From Octopus bimaculoides (lineage: Eukaryota), in the NCBI RefSeq assembly GCF_001194135.2, contig NC_068997.1, positions 31,701,924 through 31,765,923 on the forward strand: 64,000 nucleotides of DNA. The letters run 5' to 3'. A program made the position numbers and the translations under genes. This document shows positions 1-14,301 of the stretch, one piece after another. The notes beneath the pieces are model-generated. The model ran no database searches and was not told the DNA's origin. It saw nothing but the letters and a program-made list of their open reading frames with translations. Every line of letters begins with the position of its first letter. Position 1 is the first letter of the stretch.

Positions 1-9
1 TATATATAT

Positions 10-73
<64 letters not shown>

Positions 74-301
74 AACTCAGTGCTTTGAGTAAAATAAACA
101 TGTCAGACTAATAATGATGCACTTTGTTAGATACTTATTGAGAGAGGGGGGTATGTAGATAGATAGATAAAGAGAGACAGACAGACAAATAAACAGACAA
201 ACACATACACACAAACAAACACACACACACACAGATATACATAAGAACATTAAGTGATGAAATAGAATTGAAAATATCAGTAATGTAAAAGATGTTATTA
301 C

Positions 302-410
302 CTGAACACAGTTTAAATCATCAATAAAACACAATTTCCTGTAAATGCCTTTAGCTTTTAATCCAGTGATGTTGTTTAACTTGTCTTTCAGAAACTGTGG
401 TGTGGTCAAC
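302..410 (-). CDS. DHC exon 20 (AAA3 Walker B FIDD)
   Basis: [36 protein letters not shown]; phase 2-0; CAG|GTAATA. Confidence 0.92.
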
Positions 411-3400
411 CTAGAAATAAAGTATGACCTTAACATTTTCTATTGCTTAAGTTAACAGGAATTCTATAAATATTTGATGGCACACGAGTCAATGTGAAAG
501 TCTCTGACCTGCTTGAAATAGCAAGAAATTCTGTCTCAAATCACACTCTACTGAGTTTAAAAAAGACAATGTATTGGATGAAGATGTAATATGTTTTTAA
601 AAAAATAGATGGGATGGTCTTGACTGGAAGATAGGCCTGCTCATTCAGAACTGATTTAAGGCCAAACAATGATGGTACATGAGCCACATAGTGTTTCAAT
701 CTAAGTACATTAGGAGGAAATGTCATGTTCACCACATACACTAACCAAGATAAAAAAATCATAGGTAACATATACCCAAAACAACAATCAACTGAGCAAT
801 AAATAATAATGCTATGGTTTCCCCTCACCTCCAGCAGGTAATTCTTTTGCCTTTAATTTTAGATCTTAGATTCATTAGGATAGGACTTATAGCAGTTTCT
901 GTGCTGTATAAACAACTGAAGCTGCAATAACCTTTTCTGAACAAGATGCAGTCCATTGCAACGTTAAACCCAACTGTTGCTGGTACTCATTTTTGGTACA
1001 AGAACACAATGTGCCATCTAGTCTGATAATTATTTATTACATTATATTGTATTGCATTATACTATATCATTATGTATTGTATAGTATTATATTATATTAC
1101 TCACATGTACATCTGATGAGCTTTCACTAAGTTTGCATTTGCCCAAGGCTTTGTTAAACACAAGTCTATGAAGCAGACATTTGAGTGAAGTTGTTTCACA
1201 GTAGACTTGCACTCAGGAACCATGTGAACCAGAAATGATTGCACAAAAATTAAAATTTTTATGCAATCATCACACAGGACGTATAGAGAAAGTGAGATAC
1301 TGGGGATAATAAAAAATATAAATCAAAATGATAAAAAGGACCATACTTGTTTGCATGAATCTGTAATGATTCCATCCCTGAAATCTCTATAGAGTCTCCA
1401 GTTTTGAGTAGCGCTTTAATAATTCTAGTTTTTCCAGATCCACTTGGTCCTGCCAGCAACACTGGATGATTATTCAAAGCAACAATGCTTGACAGGAAAA
1501 GTAATTGCTGAGAAATGAGAAGCAGAAAATGAAAGGATATTCTCAAGTGCTCTGCTCTGACATTATTGAGGTTACAGTTTAGTTGCATTTCAAAAACACT
1601 CCAGCTTTGATTGTTCTAGTTTTTTTGTGCCTTTTTTCTGGCATAGTCTATGTCTATATTATCTGGATATCTAGTGAGTGTGATTCTTAAGAGATTGTTC
1701 AACTCTGACAATTCTCGCAATATAATCTAATATCATAAGGAAAAAGTAGGGTGCCAGAGCATCTCTTTTGAGTACACCTGCAAAAATATCAAAAACCTCA
1801 GTGTCCGTAAATTTTAGTATGGCTTACAGACTCTGATATCTTTTTTCAAGACTGTTGGGTAAGATTAAAGGTAAATTTGGCTACTATTTCTAATAAGTTA
1901 AATGACCAAAGACAGAGCCCCTTCATTGGTTTGTAATATCACTCTTACTGTTATCAAATGTATTGTTTATATGTATTATACAGCACATATTTAAATACTA
2001 TGTTTAAATATACTATATAATACCATGGCTTATATGGGATCTTATATATGTGATAAAGGAAGCAGAAAAACTTCCATTGACCCCCATAACAACTAGGCTG
2101 CACTGACAGTAACCATCTCAGCCGAGATCAGCAATTAGTGCACAACAACGGTTTGGCATGTTTCTACATCAACCACTTTAAACCATAAACTGTTTATTTA
2201 TGTAAACTGTTATCACTGGGCAGAACGCTCCTGCAGTATTACTGTGGAAATAAGATCACTTGACAGTGTAAGTCAAACAAATAGCGTATATTGACTTAAC
2301 AAAACATCAAACATCAAAAATTAACTTTGTTATGGTAAATCTAATAACAGGGTGTAATACATAATGGAATATGACAGTCAGTGCATATATATCTTGTCTC
2401 CTTGCAGTGACTGTGTGCTGCACATATAGCACATAATTTTGGCATGTTCTTTTTCAGTTGGTGGAATTGAATTGGGGAAATGTCCAAGTCCTATGATGAT
2501 TCATCATGGTGAAGGACTGGTGTGTGGACGCCCTCAAGATCGGTATGGTGGAAAATCCAAAAGTTTTAGTATTTCTTTCACAAGCAACTCATAAAAAGTT
2601 AGCACACCTCCCACACCACCATCCATCTGCCATATCAAAAAAGAATTTACTAATGTCATGTGTATCATGTATAAGAAAATTTTCTTATACTATTTCATGA
2701 ATTTGTGCACTGATTTGTGCGTTGACACCAGTTGATTGGAACAATTGACATTGCCCATTGCCTGATTATATGCCAACACAACTGTTGGTTTCAATACTGG
2801 ATTTCCAGACCCATCTTGTATACTAGTGTCAGACATGCCAGCAGAATGCATGGTGAGCAGCAAACAAACATTTTCCTTGTCTCTCCACACCAATGTCATA
2901 ATTCCACTATCAGTGGAGCAGCACACTGTTTCACCTTTGTGAAGTCTCCCAGTGTGATGTTCAGGTAGCATGATATATCTGAAGAGACACACAGTCTCAC
3001 AGGTGTTTCTTTTCCTCACCTGAAGCTGATCAGGATTGGAAAACCAGTTGTCCATAAAAATGTTCTATCCTTTGTCCAACAATGCATCATTGAGCAACAA
3101 GACAGCATTCATGGATGCTGGAATGTTCGGTTTTCTTCTCCAATGTGCATCTTATAGTTCCAGATATAGCCATAGGCTGCACCATACAACTGACACACCT
3201 TATAAACTTTTATCCTGGAGTGAGCATGCCTGCTGGCATTGTACTGTTTAAATTTCAGCCACCCCTTGAATTTCCACAGACTTTCATCAGTGGAAATGTC
3301 TTGCGTGGGTATATAAACAGTTCTGAAATTTTATGCTATTTTGTCAATAATAGAAAAAATTCTGTGAAGCCTGCTCTCGTTCTTGTCGCTGGTGTTGAGA

Positions 3401-6400
3401 TTAAGGTTTTTCAGCAGTGCTAAAAACCAATCACGTGGCATCATCTCTGCAAGGAAAGACCCTGCAGCTTCAGGATCCCAGCTCTAATATGAAGCAAGAG
3501 TCAGTTTCTGCACAATACCCATAAAGATGAACAATGCAAGGAAAACTTTGTCACTTGCAGTTGAAAACCATCCAGAATCATATCTGGCCCTTGCATTCTG
3601 AGGATGATTGGCAGCATACTCATTTGTTTTGTCATGTTTGTATTCAAACATTTCTTCTTCATGAATTCATGGAAAACCTCCAATGGTGAACTGTGATTTT
3701 GAAGGCCTGCTTTTATATCAAAGGTACCAAAAAATTGGCCATCATTTGCCACACCACATTCTGTTGGCCATGGACTGCTGCCCTACTGCACCTTTGATGT
3801 AACGGATACTCGTTATTGCTACTGAAATCAGAATCACCTGATTTACTGAGAAAATAATCCCTTTCAGAGTCTGAATAATCTATTGAGGACTCATCATGTG
3901 ATGTTGAAGAGGTGGTGCTTGGTGTAGATGGACATGATGACAAATGCGACATGGTCCTTAAATTCAACAAAGTGGGCATACATGGACACAGTGAACCTGG
4001 TGTTGAAATTGGCATAGCTGGATGTGACGATGAACATGAAGCCGATGTAGCTGGATGTGAAGACCAATGCGAGGACCTTAAATTCAACAAAACTAGTGTA
4101 GTTGGATGCAACTGTAAATTCCATGAAGGACCAGAATAATTTGTTGAACATGTAGAATTTGATAGGAAGTTATAGTGGAAATGGTGGTGTAACTGCCAAA
4201 ACTGCTGCTTTTATACTATCATGGTGATGAAGTCTCGAACAGAGTTGGAAGTATTTACATGAAGAGTTTAGCAAACTTATCAGATTCCTTGAAATTTTCA
4301 CAGTGGCCTCAATTATCAATTCTGTGAGTGGTAGCGGATATGTATATCAACCAGTACACAAACAGGTACAAAACCACAGCAGATAGGGCTACATATATTT
4401 TCGTCATCTGATTCAAAGCAAGCACACAGCACATGTAAATTTATGTCAACCAATGCCATGGGGTTAATTGAGATTACCCAAGCAATGAAGAGACAAAAAC
4501 ATCCTCAAAAATATCTAAAATCTCAAAACAGCTTAGGAAATAACTTCAATAATATCAATTAATTGTAATTTTAAAAAATATAGTAAAGCAGTCCAAGAAT
4601 GGATTTGGTATCAAAGTCAACTGATGAAAACAATGAATATGTTTCACTTTTATTAGAACTCTTCAGCAAAGTGTATGCTACTTAGTATCGTATAAACACA
4701 AGCATGACTTTGTGGTTAAGAAGTTACTCTGTAAGCATGTTGTTCCAAGTTTGAGCCAACTGTGTGGCATTTGGGAAAGTTTCTTTAACAAGGTAGCATC
4801 AAGTTGGTCAATATCTTGCAAGTGCAACTTGATTAAGAAAACTGTGCAGAAGCCTATCCAATGTACACATATGAGCGCATGCATGTGTGTGAGTGCATGT
4901 GTTTATGTTTTTGTTTATAGTCTAAAAACTGATGTTATTTAAGCTATGTCTAATTATGTCCCATAACACAGAAATTTGATAAATATAGATCAATAATACA
5001 TGCATCAGACTTCAATAAGTATTGGGGGTACTGTGATCAGTTAAATACTTAAAAAGAGTGCCTCATCCAAAGACTGTAACCAATATACAGTAGCACTGCT
5101 GTCCACATGTTTTACATAATGCTGTTACTAGGAGTCGCAATTCAATATTCCAATACCAGTATGTAAGTTTTATTGGCACAGTCTACCTAACTGTAAATAG
5201 GTATCAGATAAACAACAAGACTATCACAAAATTATTATTATCATTAACACTGTTATGTTACCAGACACTAGGTTCTTGTATTTATATATGTAACATTCCT
5301 GGCAATAGTATTGCAAAAATGGTGAGCTGGCAGAATTGTTAGCACTCTGGACGAAATGTTCAGAGGTATTTCGCCTGTCACTACATTCTGAGTTCAAATT
5401 CTGCTGAGGTCGACTTTGCCTTTCACCCTTTCGGGGTTGATTAAGTAAGTACCAGTTACACACTGGGGTTGATGTAATTGACTTTATCCCTTTGTCTGTC
5501 CTTGTTTGGCCCCTCTATGTTTAGCCCTCAGTGGGCAATAAAGAAATAAATAATATTTATTAATTCTCCACAATATCTTCCATTAACTTCAGATATGAAC
5601 TCCTGTATGGTTATGCAAAATCCAGTGTCCCTACAAGTAATTGATATGTACTTGCAAGCTGCCATGAATGTGTTTAATATGTAAAATTGGTATACCCAAT
5701 AATGTTACACCACCATATTTAGTGGCTATTTAAGCAATAAGTTCATGGATTGTTAATGGGTTGGATGTTGTTCTGAAGAAGGAGCAAGAACTCCTGAAAT
5801 ATGCCCATTTTTTCATCTTTGATCACATTATCGTTTACATTAGACACATTCAGATATGAAGCATCATAACAAATCAGTGCTGACTATAATGTCTAAAGAA
5901 AATCAATAGAGATAACCTTAAAATGTAAATATATTCAATGCTGGAATAAGAAGATGTTACAAGTGAATGGTATTTAACTATTTTAAGATTTGTTCTATAA
6001 AAGGTTTTAAAAAATCTATGGCTGGTAAATACTAGCTTACAAGAATTATGGTCAGAATAAGTGATCACACCTTTGAAGAGAATGCTCCAGAAAGGCTGTG
6101 GTCAAATGATCAAATACTGTAAATGACTAAAATAAATATTTCTTCAGTTTGCTGCTTTGAATTTGTATCTTAAAATGTATCATAGATTGATAAGTGGTGA
6201 ATTGTGCCACCAATTTGATATGACACAGACACACTACAGGAAGATGAAGGTCCTAATAACCCTCAATGATATAATGGCTAATGGTAATGATTCCCAAGCT
6301 GTGCACCATGGAACACTGGTGCACCACAGAATATTGGTGTGCCACAGAGCACTGGGGTGACACAAGATGTATCCAGTTGCACCTTAAAGATAAAAGTACA

Positions 6401-9400
6401 TTTAAAAACTGTCAAAATTAAAACTCAAATTTTATTTTTCATTTTCTGTATGAATGTGTAACTACTTGTTAATTTCCTACAGTTTAGATTATTCATATTT
6501 TAGGCTAATATATATATAAATACATATTTTTAATAGACTATTTTATTATATACACAAACTATTCTTTTATTGGTCTCAGGTATCAGGTTGTGACCATTCT
6601 AGGGAATGCCAAATATTTTCATTTACTTTAAAGTCAGGAAGCCACTCACCATATATTGTTGGATATTAAATTCATGATAGTACATATTTTATGCTATTTA
6701 CCATTATCATATTTTAGCTACAATTTGTTGCAAATGTAGTTGCTGTTGTTTCTATTATCTTAGTTTAATGCTTATTCTTGTTTTTTATTATAAATATTTG
6801 CAATAATTTTTTTATTGTTTATTATTATTACAATTATTTTGTTTAAGAAGATTGAATTAAGTCTTAGAGATTCAGACCGTTGTTAGCAAAGAGAAAGGTC
6901 ATATTTGACTTTTAGCAATACTAATATATCGCTGTTGTTGTTGCCAGCAATGTTTAATATATTGAAGAAACTCAAGAGATAAACAGTTCAAAATGTAACA
7001 GTTACCAATGTTTTCTTGGAATAAGTGAAATCTGTTCTTTTCTTATTAGAGATGAGGGAATCAGCTTCGAGTTCTGTCCATTTTACAAAACTGTGATTTT
7101 TTACATCAAGACCATAATCAAATACCTAATAAAATAAATGGTTTAAATAATTTAAATGTCACATGACGAGTCAGAATGCATTACGCTACAAAATCATGTG
7201 ACATAACTCCTAATTAACGTTTGAATTGTTTCACATTCTAATTAGTGACTACAAGCTAACAAAGACAGCCTTGACCTACAGGAAACATCAATCAAATCTT
7301 TCTCAAATCATACACTACAGTCTTAAAAACAGTGGACCACATTGAATAAATGTAGTCATAGATTTACTGTCTGAAAAGATGAAATCATAACTGGAATGCA
7401 TAATAAAAAAATTGTGATTAAATAATAACAACTAATTAATCATCATAAAGATATAAATAGTTTTTCTTATAATAACCAATTGTAAATAGTTACTTCATTG
7501 AAAAAAAATCCACAAATAAGTTTCCATGTAAAATAAGGTGTTTTTATCTCAATTTGAAAGATCTTTCAACAAAATTAAGTTAAGTTGGTTAAAGAAGTTC
7601 AATGTGGTGATTAAGTCTGTTGAATAAGACAGTTAAATCTTCATCAGCCACATCAATCACTGTGTGCCTCCTTTTTCGAAGAGAGTAGGGTTTAATCTGA
7701 GGGAGATTTGTCCACAATTTCCAACTTGTTGACCAAATCCTCTGGAAAGTTTGTATGACTGAGTGGTAGGTAGATATCAAACAACCTTACTATGATTTAA
7801 AAATTCAAATCTATTCCTGGAACTCATTGTATTTCTGGTCAAAATATTTTACATTGTTTCAGTTCAGTTAGCTGTAATACCAGATGATCTGGAATTATTG
7901 ATCATTAAAACCAGATGCCATGAATTGTCCCAGTCTATCATAAGAGTAGAATCCATGATCTGGTTTTGATTACAAACTTGATGTGACATCACAGTCCATT
8001 CTGCCTAAAAATCATACCACAACCCCCACACATAGCTCTAACCACTAAATAGACACCTTCTTCACCTATGAGAGATTCCTCTCACTGCAGTTTAGTTCAA
8101 ACTGAGTTGATTCTGTGATTATTTCTATCAGTTTCTACAACAGTTGCAGACATTTACAGTTTGATCTTATTTTTAGTCTTCTGTTATAATTTCAATTACA
8201 TCTCAGATGCTTTAGAGCAGTGCTTCTCAACCAATTTTTTCTTTGATTCCTATTTTACTCAGATGTTGATTCTAACAATTGTGGGATGGTAGTGTTTTGT
8301 GTGATTATCTTATCTGGTGGAGCAAAATAGAGATAGGATGTTGTTATAGAGACAAATATGATAGCCATTCAATGTTTTAAAAATATGCAATTATGTGTAA
8401 TGTAGAAGTATAACCAATTTATTGTACATAATTTTTAACAACAAAATCTTATATTGACCCACAAGGGCCATATTGAACCCTGGTTGAGAACCACTGCTTC
8501 AGAGGAACACTAAATCAAACCCAGTATTTGACTGACCACTTTTTTGAGTTCAAAATGTAAGAAATAACAGACATTTTTTTTTTGTGCTCTAATGATTCTG
8601 CCAAATGAAATAAAGAGCATGAATGATACACAATCTCATTTCACCCCTACCCCCACCCTTCAAACCTAAGCCAGTGAGTCTTTATATGAAATCAACAATG
8701 TTGTAAGGCTGTCACTGAAGAATAAATGGAAGGATATACAAACTGTTTCATCCTGTGGAAATTGTAAATGATCAGGGAATGTGTCTCTCCACCACTGGTC
8801 AACAGCACTGTGATATTGTGGACATACAGTTCCTGAAAATGACCAAACTGCAGCCAGACAGAATATATTGTTGTAATCATCATAATTGACTGGTTCAGAA
8901 ACATTCTGTAGAGCCTGTTAATTAGGAAACACAATTTACATGTATGTTATTAATTAGGCTTTGATATTAATTCTAACAGAAGTAGTCGCATTAATCAGTC
9001 TCAGTATTTGGCTGTCGCTTCATTTTATCAGCCATGGAAGCCAAGAAGGGAAGATAACCTCAGCAACATTTGAATTCAAGATGTAATAGGAAATAATAAT
9101 GATTTCTAACATAGGCACAGGGCTTGTAATACATACACACACACACAAGTGTGTGTGTGTGTATGCACGCGCACGCATATGTGTGTGTGTGTGTGTGCAC
9201 GTATGTATTGGCTTCAAATTTTGGTACAAGGCCAGCAGTTTTGGGAGAAGGGTTAAAATCAATTAGACTGACTCCAGTGTTCAACTGGTACTTATTTTAT
9301 TGATCCCAAAAGGATGGAAGGCAAAGTCAACCTCAGTGGCATTTGAACTCAAAACATAAAAATGAATGAAATGCTGGTAAGCATTTTGCCCAATACGGTA

Positions 9401-11302
9401 ATAATTTTGCCACCTTAATTTCTGTCTACATCTTACAAGTGCTATTTAACCAATGATTTCACTGATATGATATCATTCTTTATAAATCTATAATATAGAC
9501 ACAAATAATAATTTCACAACAGATTTTACATTTCAAATCAGTAATTTGATGTGTGTGTGTGTGTAAGCATGTATTTATTTTATGTATACATATTTGTAAG
9601 CATTAACTAGCATGCGTGTAAATGTATGTGTGTTTAAATAGGGGCAGGCATGACTGTGTGGTTAAGAAGCTCACTTTGCAACCAAGCAGTCTCGGGTTCA
9701 GATGAGAAATATGAGAAATCAACAGTAACAGCAAATAAAACAGCAAGCCCTATTTCCAAAAGTGCCATAGATTCTAGAGATAGCAAATGAAATCAAATAT
9801 CTTTGTAGCCCAAGTGAAAGTTACATTTTATTTTTATTTTTTTTGTATCTCATCAAGCCCCTGTGGCTAATTGTTATAATGTGGATCCTTGTCCACTCGT
9901 ATGCTGTCGTCGGCATTATAATACTCTTGTTGCCCCTATTATGTTGTGACAGTATTCCATGTCTTATTGTTTTTGTCTCATCTATTATGCTATCGCTGAT
10001 AGCTCCACAAGGCAACAACTTTGTAAGGTCTATCTTGACAGTAACTCAAACTTGTATACATCACAGAACTGACACTGACTCCAACTGAGAACTCATACAA
10101 TGCTACTACTACTGATCTCCTACAACGACCTTATAGCAGCTGGTTCATACCACTTTGTCATGTGGAAAGGAATGTACCATTTTCACTCCAACACTAAGAA
10201 AAGAGTATTGTTATTATTGTTGCTATTGTCATTGTTTTCTTTCCTGCACGGTATATTTACATATTATTCTATTTTTGGTTTCACTTCGTTGTTTACAAAT
10301 ATTGGATCTTTATCTTTTTCTTCATCTTTTTACTCATTTCAGTCATTTGACTGTGGCCATGCTGAAGCACCAGCTTGAAGAAATTTTAGTCGAATGCATG
10401 AACCCCAGGACTTGTTTTTAAAGTCTGGTACTTATATGTATATAGACAGTGATTTTCAATGGCCGGATAACTGAAGAGATGTTGGCGTGGGCTCCCACCT
10501 TGGCATCCGAAACTTGGAATTTTATCATGGCTACCGAATAAGTGTCACATATTTTTACAGATAAATTCCTCTATTTATATAATATTGAGGTCGCTTTCTT
10601 TCTTTTGTTGTCCTTCCTATCAATATATCTATAACCAAATAAATAACAACAGCTCATTACAGCTGTTTCTTACACATTTTTTAATAGAAGAATAAGTAGG
10701 CTTAGAAAAGTGAGTAACAGATGAATTTTTTAAGGACATTACATAACCACTTTCTTATGTCTTAACCCACAGCAAAACAACCTCAGTCCCACCACCTCTT
10801 TCTTAAAAAAAACTGTAATCATCAAATGAAGCATAATTTCAAACAATAGGATATCCCAAGTACACAGAAACATGCCTGAAGCTTGCCAAAACTGACCATG
10901 AAATGGGAGAAAAACCAACAAAAACTGGCTGTTATAGGCATGGGGCAGGGGTGTAATATGATATCTATGGTCAGTGACTAGGGGTGGGGCAGTAGAAGAA
11001 GTAAATTGGAGTTAGCTATACTGGTTTATTTCAGAGACTGGAGAAGATGTGTAGGCAATTATAGTGTAATTAATTATAGTAGGCTTAGAAAAGTGGGTAG
11101 CAGGGAATGAATTGAAGAAAAGATAGGCGCAGGAGTGGTTGTGTGGCAAGAAGCTTGTTTACCAGCCACATGGTTCTGGGTTCAGTCCCACTGCGTGGCA
11201 CCGTAGGCAAGTGTTTCCTACTCTAGCCTAGGGCTGACCAAAGCCTTGTGAGTGAATTTGGTAGACGGAAACTGAAAGAAGCTCACTGTGTATGTATGCA
11301 TG

Positions 11303-11349
<47 letters not shown>

Positions 11350-13179
11350 NNNNNNNNNNCTTGACAACTGATGTTGGTGTGTTTACGTCCCCCGTAACTT
11401 AGCGGTTCAGCAAAAGAGACTGATAAAATAAGTACTAGAATTACAAAGAATAAGTCCTGGGGTCAATTTGTTTGATTAAAGGCAGTGCTCCAGCATGGCT
11501 GCAGTCAAATGAGTGAAACAAGGAAAAAAGAAATATGCATAAGTAAAACCAATTAAGTGTAGGGCAGGGGTGAAGCAAGCCCTTTCTAAAGATTAATGTT
11601 CAAAAATAGGAGGGTAGAGATACCTACAGAATTACAGTGGATAATGGTTGACTGTGGGGATGGTAGCAGGAGACTCAAACATTGATTCTAACAATTGTGG
11701 GATGGTAGTGTTTTGTGTGATTATTTTATCTGGTGGAGCAAAATAGAGATAGGATGTTGATATAGAGACAAATATGATAGATGGGATAGTGAAATGCACT
11801 TGTAATAAGAGGATGAGTGTACATGGAACGGAATTATTACTTTTGCATATGATGTGTAGGGAAATATCGGGCACCAGTAATAGTGTACTAGCTATCATTT
11901 CTATTATGGAGTTCAAGGAATAAAAGAGTTACCTAATAAATTACCTAATAATGAAGGTATACCAGATCGGATATCTAAGTAAGCCAGTAGACTGCAGTTG
12001 CCTATTTATTAACCAAATAGAATGTTATAAGTGGCATTAATATTATTTACTAAGATAGTATAACTCACTATTATAGAAATCAGGTAGTGTACCTTAAACT
12101 AATAGTCGTGGGTAAGAAGTTTGGATGATATGCACCTTCATTATCATGTGCCTCACAAATGACAGTAACTTGGTATGAGGATTATTTACTTAGTGGAATA
12201 GGAAAGAAACTCGCTAGGGAGTGTAGGCTGCTGTTTTATGGGATAGATACAGTCAAATCACAAATGTGTAATACTAGGTCTAACTATATAGGAGAATAGT
12301 TCCTTCAATATTGCATACCATTCAAAATCACATACTATTCAAATAATGTTATCAAGGTTTATAAGTAATAAGGTTTAGAAAGTATAGGAAAAGGAAAAAA
12401 AGTAAAAGATAACTCAGATGATTAAGTAGATCAATGCACTAAGGGTTTACATAAGAGAGAGGTGGTGGGACTGAGGCTGTTTTGCTGTGGGTTAAGACAT
12501 AGGAAAATGGTTATGTAATGTCCTGAAAAAATTCATCTGCTACTCACTTTTCTAAGCCTACTATAATAAATTACACTATAATTGCCTACACATCTTTTCC
12601 AATCTCTGAAATAAACCAGTCTAGCTAACTCCAATTTACTTCCTCTACTCCCCCACCCCCAATCACGTACCATAAATATCATATTACACCTCACTCCACC
12701 CCATAATGCTCATAACAACCAATTTTCGCTGGTTTTTCTCCCATTCCATGGTCAGCTTCGGCTAGCTTCAGGCATGTTCCCACTATGTTCTTGGGATATC
12801 CTACTGTTTTGAAATTGTTTCATCTGATGATTACGGTTTTTTGAAGTGATGTAATGTGCTCATTCTATTAAAAGATGTGTAAGAAACAGCTGTAATGAGC
12901 TGACATTTATCCATCGTCTGTTAGCATTCATTTGCTTGTAATACACCATAGGGATTCACAACACATTGGACACCCTGGAGTTTACCAAACAATGTGTGAT
13001 CAGCACAACATGTACTTTGGACTAGTCCTTAGGTGCTTAATACTCATAGGAGTGTTTTCTCTGTGTACACAACATGAATATTCTACTGGATATTTAATCA
13101 ACCATATATGGTGACCACAGGTTTATCAAACCCTACCTGGTGCATATTATTTCAAGTACCTGATTCTATCAAGAATCCT

Positions 13180-13217
<38 letters not shown>

Positions 13218-14265
13218 CAGGCTTCTTTCAGTTTTCATCTACCAAATCCATTCACAAGGCTTTGGTTGGCCCAAGGAGTGTGTGGTTGGAAAGCAACCTT
13301 CTTACCACACAGCCCTGCCTGCACCTGCTGATTATTATTATTGTTTCATACCATGTACAATTATTACAGAGAGGTAACATGTTTCCGTGAATTTTTTTCT
13401 GCTTTGTTTATACAAAAACAGAAAACATTTTTGAACAATTTTGTTTTAACTAATTTGGCTTCACCATATTTGAATATGGCTCTTAGTCTAAAAGCAGTGG
13501 GAAGTGATATTATCCACAAAAGTAGTAACTCAAACATAAACAAATATATCGATTTGACAATTAAAAAGTTCTGGATAAGAACAATACTCAACTGAAGAAA
13601 AAATATGGCAGTTGCGTGTTACAAAAGTGTGCATTTCCTTGCCTGAGAAATTTATCTAAGAATTAGCGAGGATAAAAGCAGGGCTTCAATGTGCTCTCAA
13701 AGAAGCAACTGAAGGAAACTTTAATTAATGTATACATCAATTTGTTGTCATTGACTGGAGTAAATCATCTGGAAGTATTTGCTGAGCATTGAAAACTGAG
13801 GGTAAGGCTAAATGACAAGCAGAAATTGTGTGATATAGATCTATCTATAGACTCATACCACAATACATGGATCAATGTAATATAAGTAATGCAATCAATG
13901 TAATACAATGTAATACAAGCCAGGGATATTGATAATGTGCTGGTGTATCTCAGGCAATATGGTTACAGTATAGTATAGAAAGACAACAGGATAATACCGT
14001 TGGTAGATGTTAGGAAGGTAACTTCTCTTAATTTATTCAGTTAGAGCAATTCATCCGCTTCCTTTACCACCCTAACCTCTCTTACTAACGACATTACCCT
14101 GTTGTCTTACTATACTGTCAGTGATACTGGTATTGACCTCTGGTTCATTGTTACCTTTGTAACTCTATAACTCTATGGGTAAGGTGTAACTGCAATGATC
14201 ATGAGAAACTAAATGTGATTGGAAGGGGTCAATATGGACTTATAAGTCCTCTGAGAACCAAAAGA

Positions 14266-14301
<36 letters not shown>

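Noticed and set aside
541-828. ORF between exons 19 and 20
   Set aside because: Exons 19 and 20 join directly (AA+G = Lys) with canonical AAA3 spacing; no dynein similarity.
2170-2200. TTAAACCAT as the second piggyBac TIR
   Set aside because: Similarity to the 4467 end is too weak beyond a few bases.
6075-6118. Short exon-like [14 protein letters not shown] with AG/GT ends
   Set aside because: Phase 1-2 is incompatible with the phase-0 chain of exons 17-19.
6301-6370. Regularly spaced 18-mers, superficially CRISPR-like
   Set aside because: No unique spacers, eukaryotic context, and typical of hAT subterminal repeats.
13364-13591. Hydrophobic ORF with a good acceptor
   Set aside because: No matching phase-0 donor, and exon 8744-8914 supplies the expected VWSF motif.
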